A stretch of DNA of 64,000 nucleotides from an uncultured Acidimicrobiaceae bacterium (GTDB lineage Bacteria; Actinomycetota; Acidimicrobiia; Acidimicrobiales; RAAP-2). Shown here in pieces: positions 42,777 through 53,448 of the stretch. Position 1 is the first letter of the stretch. Each line of letters starts with the position of its first letter. The notes below the pieces were generated by a model. The model was not told the origin of the DNA and searched no databases. It was given only the letters and a program-made list of their open reading frames with translations. The stretch spans positions 7,969-71,968 of the forward strand of contig CAVQLP010000010.1 in NCBI GenBank assembly GCA_963713375.1. Direction: 5' to 3'. The position numbers and the translations under genes are program-made.

Positions 42777-43046
42777 AGGTACTCCACCCAGACCTCGTTC
42801 ACCGCGGCGAACTCACCCATGTCGATCAGGTAGAGGGTCGTCTTGACGACGTCGGCCAGCGTGGCGCCCTCGCTGGCCAGCACCTCGGTCACGTTGCGCA
42901 GGGCCTGACGCAGCTCGGCCAGCGTCCCGCCCGGGACCAGCGCGGCGCCGGCCGTCCTCGTCGGTGGCCATCCCGATCTGTCCCGAGGTGATCACCCAAT
43001 CGCCGGCACGGCGAACGGGTGCGTAGGGACCGACAGCTGGGCTCAT
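42675..43046 (-). pseudogene. ridA: RidA family protein; about 4 frame changes in 370 bp
   Basis: MSPAVGPYAPVRRAGDWVITSGQIG.., ..NVTEVLASEGATLADVVKTTLYLIDMGEFAAVNEVWVEY, FTENRPTRSAVAVAA and LPVGARIEVEAWAYAPPG-stop lie in different frames. The ATG overlaps the upstream stop (ATGA). Confidence 0.7.
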
Positions 43047-44735
43047 GGTGACTCCTCTCCTCGCCCTGATGCTGGCACGTCGCGCTGCGGCGCACGCACG
43101 GCGGCCCGGCGGGTGGGCCAGCCCGGCGCCAGCCCCTCGGCCGACCAGGCCGCGGCCAGCGTGGCCACGAACACGGCGTCCGAGCCGTTGACCGGCCACG
43201 TGCCCTCGCTCGTGCACGGTGACTGCACCTCGGGCATGTCCCTGGCGGCCAGGATCCCGAACGAGCGGATGGTGAGGTCGACCGGTTCGCCCGCCCCGTC
43301 GACCGCGATGCCCTCGCTCCACACCAACCCCAGGGCCTGGTGCACCGCACCAAGCGCGTAGGAACGCAGCGTCACCGAGTCGAGCACCTCGCCGGCCCAC
43401 ACCTCGACGTCGACCCGTCCCCGCGGGCCCTCGCCCAGTCGGACCTCGACCCGGGCCCGGCCCGCCCCGGGCAGGCTGACGTCGGCTCGCCCGGTCCCCT
43501 CATCCGCCGATTCGGCTGCGGCGCGCACCGCGGTGCGCGCCGCCAGCACCTCCGCCCACACCGCGCCGCGCAGCTCGGGCGACACCGGCGGCCCGGCCAC
43601 CTCCACCTCCTCGATCTCGACCCCGGGACACAGCGCGGCCGCCCGCTCGAGCGCCGGCGCCAGGTCGGCCGAGCCCGGACTGCGGCCGACGCGCACCACC
43701 CCGGTGCCGTCCGGGCGCAGCGCGATGGCCACGGGTGGTCGCTTGGGGCCGTGGCGCACCACGTCCTCGCGGCGCCACAGCACGCGGACCGGCGCTCCGG
43801 TCTCGTCGGCCAGCGCCCGGGCGGCGCCCGGGCACGGGGCTGTGGCGCTTGCCCCCGAAGGCACCGCCGTTGGCCAGCGGCGAGGCCGGCCGTCCCGCCG
43901 GGGCGGCTCCAGCTGGCGTCGGGCTCGACGTAGGCCGGGCTCCACCCAAGTCGTCTGCAGCGTGAGGGACCACTCGCCGGCGGGCAGGGGCACCGGGCGC
44001 GGTCAGCGGCACCGTGCTGTTGCGTCCCTGGACCCGTCCGGTCTCGGCCCGGGCCGCCCGGAGATCGGGCGCGAGCGGCGCGTCGGCACCCAGCTGCACC
44101 GCGGCATCCGCCGGCGCGCGATCGTCGGCGAACCCACCGCCGCCCAGCACGACGTCGGCGCCCGAGTGCTGGAAGGCCGGGCCCTCGAGCTGGGCCCGCC
44201 AGGCGGCCAGCACCGGGTCCCGGGATCGCCGGACGGCGCTGCCTCCGCCGCATCGCCGGCCGGACCCAACACCAGATCGGCCGCCTCCACGATCGACTGC
44301 CATCCGGTGCAGCGGCACAGGTGGGCCCGCAGCGCACCTTCGATGTCGCGCCGCGTCGGCGCGGCCCCGGGCCGTCCGCCTCCAGCGCGGCCAGCCGCAG
44401 CACGATGCCCGGCGTGCAGAATCCGCACTGGCTGGCCCCGGTGGCGACGAAGGCGGCGGCCCAGCGGTCCCGCTGCGCCGCGGGCATCCCCTCCAGGGTC
44501 GTGACGCTCCGCCCCGCCACCCGCCGCACGCGGCGTCACGCAGGCCACCCGGGGCAGGCCGTCGACCCACACGGTGCAACAGCCGCACTGACCTTGCGGG
44601 CTGCAGCCGTCCTTGACCGAGCGGCACCCGAGCTCCTCGCGCAGCGCGTCGAGGAGCGAGATGCCGTCGGCGACGGCGACCTCGCGCCCGTTCAGGACGA
44701 AGGCGACCAGGGAGTCGGTGGCGGGTGCTGCTCAG
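43043..44735 (-). pseudogene. compact xanthine-dehydrogenase-family protein: N-terminal 2x[2Fe-2S] module fused to a shortened molybdopterin-binding region; many frame changes; start unresolved
   Basis: LNGREVAVADGISLLDALREELGCRSVKDGCSPQGQCGCCTVWVDG, GASQCGFCTPGIV, HLCRCTGWQSIVEA, GGGFADD, YVEPDASW, ANGGAFGGK, PVRVLWRREDVVRHGPKRPP, LRSYALGAVHQALG..TIRSFGILAARDMP. Confidence 0.6.
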
Positions 44736-44763
44736 GGGACGGGACGCCCGGGCGGGCGCCGGC

Positions 44764-45129
44764 TCAGCTGAAGGAGGAGCCGCAGCCGCAGGTGCGGGTG
44801 GCGTTGGGGTTCGTGATGTGGAACCCGGTGTCCTGGAGCCCGTCGCTGTAGTCGAGGGTGGAACCGGTCAGCAGCTCGGCGCTGGCCGCGTCGACCACGA
44901 CCTTGACCGCCCCGAACTCGCGCACCACGTCGTCGGGCATGACCTCGGTGTCGAAGAACATCTCGTAGCTGTAGCCCGAGCAGCCACCGGGCTTGACCGC
45001 CACCCGGAGGGCCAGGTCGTCCCCGTCCTCCTGGGCCAGCAGATCGGCCACCTTGGCCGCGGCGCCGTCGCTGAGGGTGACCGGTGCCGGCTTCTTCCCG
45101 ATGTTCACCGTCGTGGAGATGGTCGTCAC
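44764..45129 (-). CDS. erpA: HesB/IscA-family iron-sulfur cluster insertion protein
   Basis: GGCSGYSY and the C-terminal TCGCGSSF. GTG start at 45127-45129 with a GAGGAGGA RBS. The longer ORF to 45228 is unlikely. Confidence 0.85.
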   Translation of the reverse strand: MTTISTTVNIGKKPAPVTLSDGAAAKVADLLAQEDGDDLALRVAVKPGGCSGYSYEMFFDTEVMPDDVVREFGAVKVVVDAASAELLTGSTLDYSDGLQDTGFHITNPNATRTCGCGSSFS

Positions 45130-45326
45130 GTGGATCCTCCTCGTTGCGCCGCCTGCCCTGGCAGGTCGCTCGCCCGGCACTGTGCCTGCGTCCGGCTCAT
45201 ATGTTACCGGGGCGCCCGACCGGGGCACACCAGGGCCCGGACAACCCGGAAATTGTGGCCACGCAGGTAAATTGCGGCAATGACCTCCATCTCGAAGGCG
45301 ACCCGAACCCGGCGCCCCGGCCGCCC

Positions 45327-46484
45327 GTGGGTTCGCCCCGCGAGGAGGAGGTGCGCGAGCGCCTGCGCGAGGTGGTCGACCCCGAGCTGGGCGACACCAT
45401 CGTCGACCTGGGCATGGTGCGGGCCATCCACGAGGACGGGGGTCGGGTCACGGTCGACGTGGCCCTGACCATCGCCGCCTGCCCGCTGCGCACGCAGATC
45501 GAGCGTGACGTCGTCAGCCACGCCCGGGCGCTCGACTGGGTGACCTCCGTCGAGGTGCGGGTGGCCGCCATGGACGCCGACGAGCGGGCCGCCGTCATGG
45601 CCCGGGCCCGCTGGAAGGCCAAGGAGGACGCCCCGCAGACGGCGGTGCCGGCCAGCGCCCGGGTGCTGGCCATCGCCTCGGGCAAGGGCGGCGTCGGCAA
45701 GTCCTCGGTCACGGTGAACCTGGCCGTCGCGCTGGCCGCACGCGGTCACGTGGTCGGCGTGCTCGATGCTGACATTTGGGGTTTCTCCGTGCCTCGCCTC
45801 CTGGGCATGGAGGGTGACGTCGAGGCCCGGGCGGGCAAGATGGTCCCGCTCGAGCGCCGGGTCGGCCCGGGCACGCTGCGGGTCCTGTCCATGGGGTTCC
45901 TGGCCGACGAGGAGCAGGCGATCATGTGGCGGGGCCTCGTGCTCAACCGGGCCGTGCAGCAGTTCCTCCAGGACGCCCACTGGGGCGACCTCGACTACCT
46001 GCTGATCGACCTGCCCCCGGGCACCGGCGACATCCAGATGGGCCTGGCCCGGCTGCTGCCGCGCACCGAGCTCCTGGTCGTGACCACGCCTCCGGTGGCG
46101 GCCCAGAAGGTGGCCGCCCGGGCGGCGGACATGGCCCGGCGCGGCTACCTGCGGGTGGCCGGCGTGATCGAGAACATGAGCGACTTCACCTGCGAGCACG
46201 GCACCACCTACGCGCTCTTCGGCTCGGGCGGCGGCGAGCGCCTGGCCCGGAGCCTCGGGGTGCCGCTGGTCGGCTCCATCCCGCTGCACCCCGATCTGGC
46301 CGCCGCCGGCGACGCCGGGGTCCCGGTGGCCCTGGCCGAGGACAGCGAGCTCGGCGCCGTCTTCGCCGAGCTGGCCCGGGTGGTGAGCGAGGACGTGGCC
46401 CCGCTCCTCGAGGCCGAGGGGTGCACGGCCCGCATGCTCGAGCACGTCGAGGCGGCGGTGGCCCAGGGCGACGCCGGGGCCTGA
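45327..46484 (+). CDS. Mrp/NBP35 (ApbC) family Fe-S cluster carrier ATPase
   Basis: DPELGDTIVDLGMV (MIP18-like N-domain), ASGKGGVGKSS, DADIWG, DYLLIDLPPGTGD. GTG 45327 was chosen as the start. Confidence 0.85.
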   Translation: MGSPREEEVRERLREVVDPELGDTIVDLGMVRAIHEDGGRVTVDVALTIAACPLRTQIERDVVSHARALDWVTSVEVRVAAMDADERAAVMARARWKAKEDAPQTAVPASARVLAIASGKGGVGKSSVTVNLAVALAARGHVVGVLDADIWGFSVPRLLGMEGDVEARAGKMVPLERRVGPGTLRVLSMGFLADEEQAIMWRGLVLNRAVQQFLQDAHWGDLDYLLIDLPPGTGDIQMGLARLLPRTELLVVTTPPVAAQKVAARAADMARRGYLRVAGVIENMSDFTCEHGTTYALFGSGGGERLARSLGVPLVGSIPLHPDLAAAGDAGVPVALAEDSELGAVFAELARVVSEDVAPLLEAEGCTARMLEHVEAAVAQGDAGA

Positions 46485-46519
46485 CTGCGGCCGCGTCGAC
46501 GCCGGCGCATTCGCCGTCC

Positions 46520-48368
46520 TCAGCCGGCGACCCAGGTGGTCTCGAGGGTGTCGTCGCCCGCCGGCACGCCGGGCGCATGCGCCCGACCCTCGCTCGGCCA
46601 GCGCCCGCAGATGCGCCCAGAGCGAGAAGCGGGCGACCGGCAGCTGGCGCTCGGTCACGTCGCCGTAGACCTCGCCGAGCAGCTCGTCGACCGTGCCCGC
46701 CCCGCGCCGGCCAGGGCGGAGGCCACGAGCTCGTGCCGGCCCCGCCGATGGGCGATCAACGCGTCGATCACCTCGGGCACGTGGTCCATGAGCCGGCCGT
46801 GGCCCGGGCCGAGGGTGCGCACCGCCGGCCGCTCGTCCCGGACGCGGGCCAGGCTGGCGAGATACTGATGCAGATCGCCGTCGGGCGGCCGGATGACGAC
46901 GGTCGAGCCGTGCATCACGTGGTCGCCCGTGAGCAGCAGGGCGTGCTCCTCCACCAACCAGCACAGGTGATCGGAGGCGTGGCCGGGCGTGTGCAGGGCG
47001 CGCAGGGTGAGGTCGCCCGAGGGGGCGGGGCAACGCAGCGTCCAACCCTCGCCGGCCCGCTCGTCGGGCGCGAAATTCTCGGCGGGCCCGAAGCCGACGA
47101 CGCGGGCCCCGGTCGCCTCGGCCAGCGCGGCGGCACCCGGCGCGTGGTCCAGATGGGTGTGGGTGACCACGATGGTGTGGATGGAGCCGAGCGGTGCCGC
47201 GGCGGCCACGATGGCGGCGGTGTGCGCCTCGTCCGCCGGACCGGGGTCGACCACGACGGGGTCGATCCGCCCGACCAGATAGGTGTTGGTGCCGGGTCCG
47301 GTCATCAACCCCGGATTCGGCGCGGTCAGCCGGCGCACGCCCGGCGCCACCTCGTCCAGCCGGCCCGGCTCGGGTGCCGGACCAGCCCGAAGTCCGGCAC
47401 CGCCGGGAGGGTACGCCAGCGTCACGGTCTTGGGTCGCGGCCCCGGAGCGGCGTCGGGGCCTTCCATGTTCGCCTGCATCGACACGGCGCGCACGGCCTC
47501 GTTGAAGTCGCCCAGCGATTCCCTGTCGTCGGGGTCGGCCACCGGGCCGCGTTCGTAGGAGGGATCGCCCGGCAGCACAATGCGCATGCCTGTGCCGTCG
47601 GGGACGACACGTGGCTCAATGGCGGGCACCGCACTGGACGCCTCGGCCGCCGCGTCGAGCAACGCGGTGCTGGTCGAGAAGCGTCCGATGGCCTGCAGGG
47701 TGCGGATCGTCGGGAAGATGATCTCGATGTCGCCCGCCCGGTGTTGCGCCAGCGCGTCGTCCGGGGTGATCCACACCTCGGCGATCGTCTCGCCGTCGTC
47801 GTGGGCGGCCCGCTGTCCGGGCGGGGCGGCAGCCACGAAGAACCGGGTGTCGTAGCGCCGCGGCGCGCCACGCGGCGTGATCCAGTGCGCGAAGTAGTGG
47901 ATCTGGTCCACCGAGAGGCGCAGCTTCTCGTCGCGGCACAGGTCGAGGAAGCGCAGGCTGCCGTCGTTCACGCCGCAACCGGGCCGCCGCCAGCCGGGCC
48001 TCCTCGTCGGCGTCGCCGGCCAACAGATCAGGGCCGCCGTCCCGCCGGGCCAGCAGCAGACCGGCCTCCTCGAAGGTCTCGCGCACGACGGCCACCCAGT
48101 AGGCCAGCCCGCCCGAGGGGAAGCCGAGCAGCGCGCTGGCCTCGGCGTCGCTGCGCCCGGCGCACAGGGCCTCGGCCTCGGCACCGCCGTCGGCCAGATC
48201 GACCGCCCCACCGGGAAAGACGTAGGCCCCGCCGACGAAGTCGGACTTGAGGTTGCGCCGCACCATGAGGACCTCGAGCACGGTCTCGACGTCCGCTCCG
48301 GGCTGCGCAGGAGCGTCACGAACCAGCATGACGGTGGCGGCGGGGCGGATCTCGACCGAGGGAGGCAC
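46520..48368 (-). pseudogene. NUDIX domain fused to an MBL-fold metallo-hydrolase; at least 3 frame changes
   Basis: FPGGAVD..ETFEEAGLL (Nudix box region), WITPRGAPRRYDTRFF, VVTHTHLDHAPG (HxHxDH), TPGHASDH, and the tail VDELLGEVYGDV..FSLWAHLRALAERG. Confidence 0.65.
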
Positions 48369-48442
48369 CCGGGAGAGGGTACTGCCGGGTCGGGTCGGCG
48401 CCCCCCGGGACGGGGGCGACCGTTGCTACCCTGACCCATTCT

Positions 48443-49354
48443 GTGAGCCAGACCGTCCAAGATCCCGTGACGGCCCCCGTCCCACGCCAGATCCCGCGCC
48501 GCTACATCGCTCTGGGTCTGATCGTCGTGGCCATCTGCCTGCTGGGGGCGCTGGTGATCGTGCGCGACAACGCGCCGCCCTCCACCACGTCCACCACCGA
48601 GACGTTCAACGCGGCGTCGTCCTCACTCATGTCGACCATGGCGTCGGTGCCGACCGCCGTGTACGACGCCGTCGGGGTCGACTCACCCACCATCCCCGTG
48701 ACCGGCCTCCAGCCGACCGGGAGCACGCAGTCCTGGACGGCCTCGGTCGACGGCGGCTCACCCAAACCCGTCGTGTTCTTCTACGGCGCCGAGTTCGCGC
48801 CGTACGCGGCGGCCGAGCGCTGGCCGCTGGTCGCTCGCCCTCTCGCGCTTCGGCACGTTCACCCAGCTGGGCCTCATGCAGTCGAGCCCCACCACTGCGT
48901 TCGCCAACCTGTCCACCTTCACCTTCTGGCAGGCCAGGTACGCGAGCAAGTACGTCGTGCTCGAACACGTCGAGCGCTACAGCGCGCTCAACCCGACCGG
49001 TGCCGGCTACCTCAAGCTCGAGAAGCCCGATGGGCCGGCAGGCCGCCGCGGTCTCGAACTACTCGAGCAGCCCGACCAACTTCGCACTGCTCGATGTGGG
49101 CAACCACTGGGCCCTCAACGGGAGCAGCTATGCACCATCGGTGCTGACCGGCATGACCCAGGACGAGGTGGCTGCCGCCCTGACGTCACCGACGAGCCCG
49201 CTCGCCCAGGCCCTCATCGGCATCGGCCAACGAGATCAGCGCGGCCATCTGCGACGCCGACGGCCAGGCACCGGCGTCCGTCTGCGACTCGAAGGGCGTC
49301 GTGGCGGCGGACCAGGCCCTGAAGATCACGCCACCCGGCGCGGCGTCGCACTGA
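48443..49354 (+). pseudogene. DUF929-like membrane-anchored thioredoxin-fold protein; about 3 frame changes
   Basis: TM helix YIALGLIVVAICLLGALVIV. PVVFFYGAEFAPYAAAERWPLV is the family's CPxC position, but here it reads APYA. LMQSSPTTAFANLSTFTFWQARYASKY, NFALLDVGNHWALNGSSY. Stop at 49352-49354. Confidence 0.6.
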
Positions 49355-49468
49355 GTCCGGTCGCCGCGCCGCTCGCGCTCCTCGAGGGCGCGCCACACGG
49401 CAGCGGAATGGAACGGTGCGGCTGTGCTGTGACCAGGCTGAGCTGCGCCCGGCGTGCCGAAAGCTGGT

Positions 49469-49726
49469 TCAGCTGGCCCGGCGGTCGAGCATCAGCTTGC
49501 GCTCGACCTCGTTGAGCCCGCCCCAAATCCCGTGCGGCTCACGGATCCGGATGGCGTAATCCAGACAGTCCCCCCGGACGTGACACTGGTCACAGATCTC
49601 CTTGGCCCGCACCTCCCGTGTGGCCTTTTCTTCTTTCCGCTCGGCATGTGACGGCGGAAAGAAGACCGCTGCCTGCGGTCCTCGGCACGCTGCCTTCAAC
49701 TGCCACGTCTCTGATCCCTGGCGCAT
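49469..49726 (-). CDS. WhiB-family transcriptional regulator
   Basis: KAACRG..AKEICDQCHVRGDCLDYAI..GIWGGLNEVERK, with four Cys and the GIWGG turn. M15 at 49726 is preferred over 49768. Confidence 0.85.
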   Translation of the reverse strand: MRQGSETWQLKAACRGPQAAVFFPPSHAERKEEKATREVRAKEICDQCHVRGDCLDYAIRIREPHGIWGGLNEVERKLMLDRRAS

Positions 49727-49814
49727 CAAACCCCCCGATAGGGCAAACCGACTTCCCCCATAGGTCAAGCTACTGCTGGGGAATCGACCCTTTCAAGGGT
49801 CCTGAGCTGGGAAT

Positions 49815-50843
49815 ATGGCGAGCCGTGGCTGGGCGGCACAACCAGTGCAACTACGCTCGGCGCCAGTGGACGTGGTGACTTTCTGTGCACAGAGCCACGT
49901 TCTGGTCGTCGCCGGGAAGGGCGGGGTGGGCAAGACCACCATGGCAGCGGCACTGGCCCGCATGGCTGCTCAGGCAGGTTCTTCGGTGCTGATCGTCGAG
50001 CTCGAGGGCAAGTCGGGCATCGCCGGGGCCTTCGGGCGGACAGGCGATCTCGACTACGAGGAGACCGTCCTGTGGGGCGATCCGGCCCGCCGGGGCGAAG
50101 GCTCGGTACGGGGCCGGCGGATCACGCCCGACGACGCCCTGATCGAATATCTCGAGGACCACGGCCTGGGGCGGGTGTCACGGCGGCTGGCCCGCACGGG
50201 AGTCCTCGACGTGGTGGCCACCGCCATTCCCGGCATCCGCGACGTCCTCGTGCTGGGGAAGGTCAAGCAGCTCGAGCAGAACCGGGTGGCGGACCTGATC
50301 GTGGTGGACGCACCAGCCACCGGCCACGCCATCACCTTCTTGACCTCGGCCGCCGGCATGGTGGACGCCGCCCGGGGCGGGCCCCTGCGCACCCAGGCCC
50401 AGGACGTGGTCGACCTGCTCTCGGACCCCGCCCGGGCCAGGGTCATCCTCGTCACCCTTCCCGAGGAACTGCCGGTCTCAGAGACGATCGAGTCGGCGTA
50501 CACCCTCGAGGACAAGGCCGGCGTCCAGCTCGGACCGGTCATCGTCAACGCCTGCGACCCCGAACCGTCGGGACTCGAGCGGCCGGCAGCCGAGGTGGCC
50601 GCCGACGCCGGCATCACGCTGGCGCCCGGCCATCTGGCCGCGCTCGAGGAGGCCCGTCGCTTTCGGCTGGACCGCCATGCCGTCTCGGCCGAACAGGTCG
50701 AACGCCTGGCCCGCGAGCTGCCGCTCCCTCACCTGGTGACGCCCGCGCTCGATGCGCCGGCCATCGGCCCGGCCCAGACCGCAGCACTGGCCGCCGCTCT
50801 GGCGGCAGGGGTCGGCGAACTGGTCGAGGAAGCGACACCGTGA
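49815..50843 (+). CDS. ArsA/Get3-like P-loop ATPase (first of pair)
   Basis: VVAGKGGVGKTT, VVDAPATGH, intact 342 aa, divergent from whiB. Confidence 0.8.
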   Translation: MASRGWAAQPVQLRSAPVDVVTFCAQSHVLVVAGKGGVGKTTMAAALARMAAQAGSSVLIVELEGKSGIAGAFGRTGDLDYEETVLWGDPARRGEGSVRGRRITPDDALIEYLEDHGLGRVSRRLARTGVLDVVATAIPGIRDVLVLGKVKQLEQNRVADLIVVDAPATGHAITFLTSAAGMVDAARGGPLRTQAQDVVDLLSDPARARVILVTLPEELPVSETIESAYTLEDKAGVQLGPVIVNACDPEPSGLERPAAEVAADAGITLAPGHLAALEEARRFRLDRHAVSAEQVERLARELPLPHLVTPALDAPAIGPAQTAALAAALAAGVGELVEEATP

Positions 50844-51961
50844 GCGACGCCGCAACGACGCCGACGACGCCCGACACGCTGCCTTCGCTGGTGGCCGAGC
50901 GTTCGGTCGTCGTGTGCTGCGGCTCCGGCGGGGTGGGCAAGACGACCGTCTCGGCCACCTTCGCCCTCGCCGCCGCACGGGCGGGCCGGCGAGCCTGCGT
51001 GGTCACGGTCGACCCGGCCCGGCGCCTGGCCGACGCTCTCGGGGTCGAGTCGCTGCCCAACACCCCGACCGAGGTCGCCGGTGACTGGCCGGGGCACCTG
51101 CACGCGCTCATGCTCGACTCCAAGGGCACCTTCGACGACCTGGTCGAGCGCTACGCCCGCACGCCCGAGCAGGCCGAGAGCATCCTGGCCAACCGGCTGT
51201 ACCAGAACCTGGCCGGTGCGCTCAGCGGCACCCAGGAGTACATGGCGATGGAGAAGCTCTACGAGCTCGTGCAGTCCGAGGAGTTCGACATCGTGGTGGT
51301 GGACACGCCGCCGACGCGCAACGCCCTCGACCTGCTCGACGCACCCCGCCGGCTGACCAGGTTCTTGGAGAATCGGCTCTTCCGGGCGCTGTTGGTGCCC
51401 ACCCGCATGTCGCTCCGGGCGGTCAGCGTGGCCACGCAGGCGCTGTTGCGAACGATCTCGAAGGTGGCCGGCGCCGAAATCGTGCAGGACGCGGTCGGGT
51501 TCTTCCAGGCCTTCGAGGGGATGGAGGACGGATTCCGCACCCGGGCCTCGGCCGTGCACGAGCTGTTGCTCGACCCGGCCACGGCCTACATCCTGGTGAC
51601 GTCAGCCCGGCCCGACGCCGTGGCCGAAGCAGGCTTCTTTGCCGAGAAGTTGGGCGAGCGTGAGCGCAAGGTGGCTGCGCTCGTCGTCAATCGGCTCGCC
51701 CCGTCCTTCGGCAACGGTGAGTCTGGTCCTGACCAAGGCACCATCGGACCGGGCGGAGAATCGTCGGACGCACCCGGGGCCCTGGCCGCGCTCGAGGCGA
51801 ATTTGGCGGCGCTCAACGCGGTGGCGGCACGCGAAGCGACGTCCTTCGCCGGCCTGGCCGCCCAGGTGGCTCCCGCACCCGTCGGACGCATCCCACTCTT
51901 CGCCCAGGACGTCCACGAGGTGGCTGGGCTCGAGCGCGCCGCCGACCAGCTCTTCGCGTAG
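50840..51961 (+). CDS. ArsA/Get3-like P-loop ATPase (second of pair)
   Basis: The GTG start overlaps the previous stop. CCGSGGVGKTT, VTVDPARRLADALG, VVDTPPTRNALDLLDAP. Confidence 0.85.
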   Translation: MSDAATTPTTPDTLPSLVAERSVVVCCGSGGVGKTTVSATFALAAARAGRRACVVTVDPARRLADALGVESLPNTPTEVAGDWPGHLHALMLDSKGTFDDLVERYARTPEQAESILANRLYQNLAGALSGTQEYMAMEKLYELVQSEEFDIVVVDTPPTRNALDLLDAPRRLTRFLENRLFRALLVPTRMSLRAVSVATQALLRTISKVAGAEIVQDAVGFFQAFEGMEDGFRTRASAVHELLLDPATAYILVTSARPDAVAEAGFFAEKLGERERKVAALVVNRLAPSFGNGESGPDQGTIGPGGESSDAPGALAALEANLAALNAVAAREATSFAGLAAQVAPAPVGRIPLFAQDVHEVAGLERAADQLFA

Positions 51962-52008
51962 GCCCGCCGGTTTCCGGGCTCGCACCCTGGTCCGATAGTG
52001 TCCCCGCG

Positions 52009-52464
52009 GTGCAGACCATCCTGGTCGCCAGCGACGCCCCGACGCTTCGCCGTGAGATCGACGCCGTGATCAGCGGGCCCGACCGCGAGGTCGTGTCGGT
52101 CGTCTCGGGACCCGAGGTGATCGCCTCGGTCACCGAGGCGTCCCCCGACCTGGTGATCGTCGACATGCAGATGGGCAACATGGGCGGCATGGCGGTCACG
52201 CTCGAACTGCGACTCCAGGAGTCTTACGACGCTCTGGATCACATCCCTGTCCTGATGATCCTCGATCGCCGGCCCGACGTGTTCTTGGCCCGTCGCTCAG
52301 GCGCCGAAGGATGGCTGGTCAAGCCGCTCGACCCGCTGCGCCTACGCCGGGCCGTCAACGCGCTTCTCGACGACGGGACGTTTGCCGACGACTCGTTCAC
52401 CCCGGTGCCCGTCCTGGTGGGGTCAGAACCCCAACTGCAACCGGGTCCCGAGCCCAGTACCTAG
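52009..52464 (+). CDS. stand-alone CheY-like receiver protein
   Basis: ILVASDA..PDLVIVDMQMGNMGG..PVLMILDR..GWLVKP, with the receiver Asp/Lys positions. Intact 151 aa, GTG start. Confidence 0.8.
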   Translation: MQTILVASDAPTLRREIDAVISGPDREVVSVVSGPEVIASVTEASPDLVIVDMQMGNMGGMAVTLELRLQESYDALDHIPVLMILDRRPDVFLARRSGAEGWLVKPLDPLRLRRAVNALLDDGTFADDSFTPVPVLVGSEPQLQPGPEPST

Positions 52465-52474
52465 TCGCCCGACC

Positions 52475-53419
52475 GTGGCGCGCCGCCGAGAGGCAACGTC
52501 GGACCCGACCACCAAACGGTCCCGCAGGCCGTGGCGTCGCGACGATGACGAGGGAGACGCGAACGGCGGCCGCTCCACCTCCCTCGACGCTGAAGCCTCC
52601 GAGCAGGAACGGATCATCATCGAAGCGTTGGCCGACCTGCGCGACATGGACGTGCGCGAAGTGATGACGCCACGGACAGACGTCACCTATCTCACCATCC
52701 CGGTCCACGCCGACGACGTCGCGCGAGCCGTGCGCACTTCGGGGCACAGTTGCTTCCCGGTGGTGGTGGACGATCTCGACGACCTGGTCGGCATCCTCTT
52801 CGTCAACGACATCTTCCGCACCGGTCGGTCTCGTCCCGACGGTGCCGCCGAAGGCGGTCGCGAACGCGACGCCACCGACCCCAGCCCACTCGAGATCTCA
52901 CGCAAGGTCCGTCAGCCGTATCTCGTCCCCGAGTCACTTGGAGTTCTCGAGGCGCTGGCCGACATGCGCAAACACAGGCGCGCCGTGGCCGTCGTGGTCG
53001 ACGAGTACGGCGGGGTGGCCGGAATGCTGACGGTCAAGGATCTGCTCGAACCCTTGGTGGGAGACCTCCACGACGAGTTCGACGAGGATGAGGAAGCGAT
53101 GATCGTCCGGGTCGACAACACCCGCTGGCTGATCGACGGGCAGACCAACGTGGACGACGTCAGTGACCGCCTGGGCATCGAGATCCCCGATGGTGAGTAC
53201 GTGACCCTCGGGCGGGCTCTTGTTCGACGAGTTCGGCCATATCCCCGTGGAGGGCGAGGAGATCCGGGTGGGCGACTGGGATCTGCGGGTGATCGAGATG
53301 GACAAGCGACGGGTGGCACAGGTCGTGGCCACCTACGCGGGCGAGGGTGACGGTCCCCCACGTCGGACGAGGATCCCCGAGCCCAGCCGCCGGGGAAACC
53401 GGCGACTGAGCCGGGGTAA
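52475..53419 (+). pseudogene. CBS-pair + CorC_HlyC domain protein (no TM domain); one frame change near 53215; stop unresolved
   Basis: VREVMTPRTDVTYL, HSCFPVV, VAVVVDEYGGVAGMLTVKDLLEPLVGDL, then FDEFGHIPVEGEEIRVGDWDLRVIEMDKRRVAQVV. The open frame runs into tRNA-Pro, so the true stop lies in another frame at 53350, 53409 or 53419. Confidence 0.6.
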
Positions 53420-53448
53420 GGTGGTCACCGCTTCCCTCGGGGGGCGGA

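Noticed and set aside
45204-47045. 613-aa minus-strand ORF
   Set aside because: It is mostly antisense to the mrp gene. Only its short stretch around 46560-46700 (VDELLGEVYGDV..LWAHLRALAERG) is real coding, and that part belongs to the NUDIX-MBL gene.
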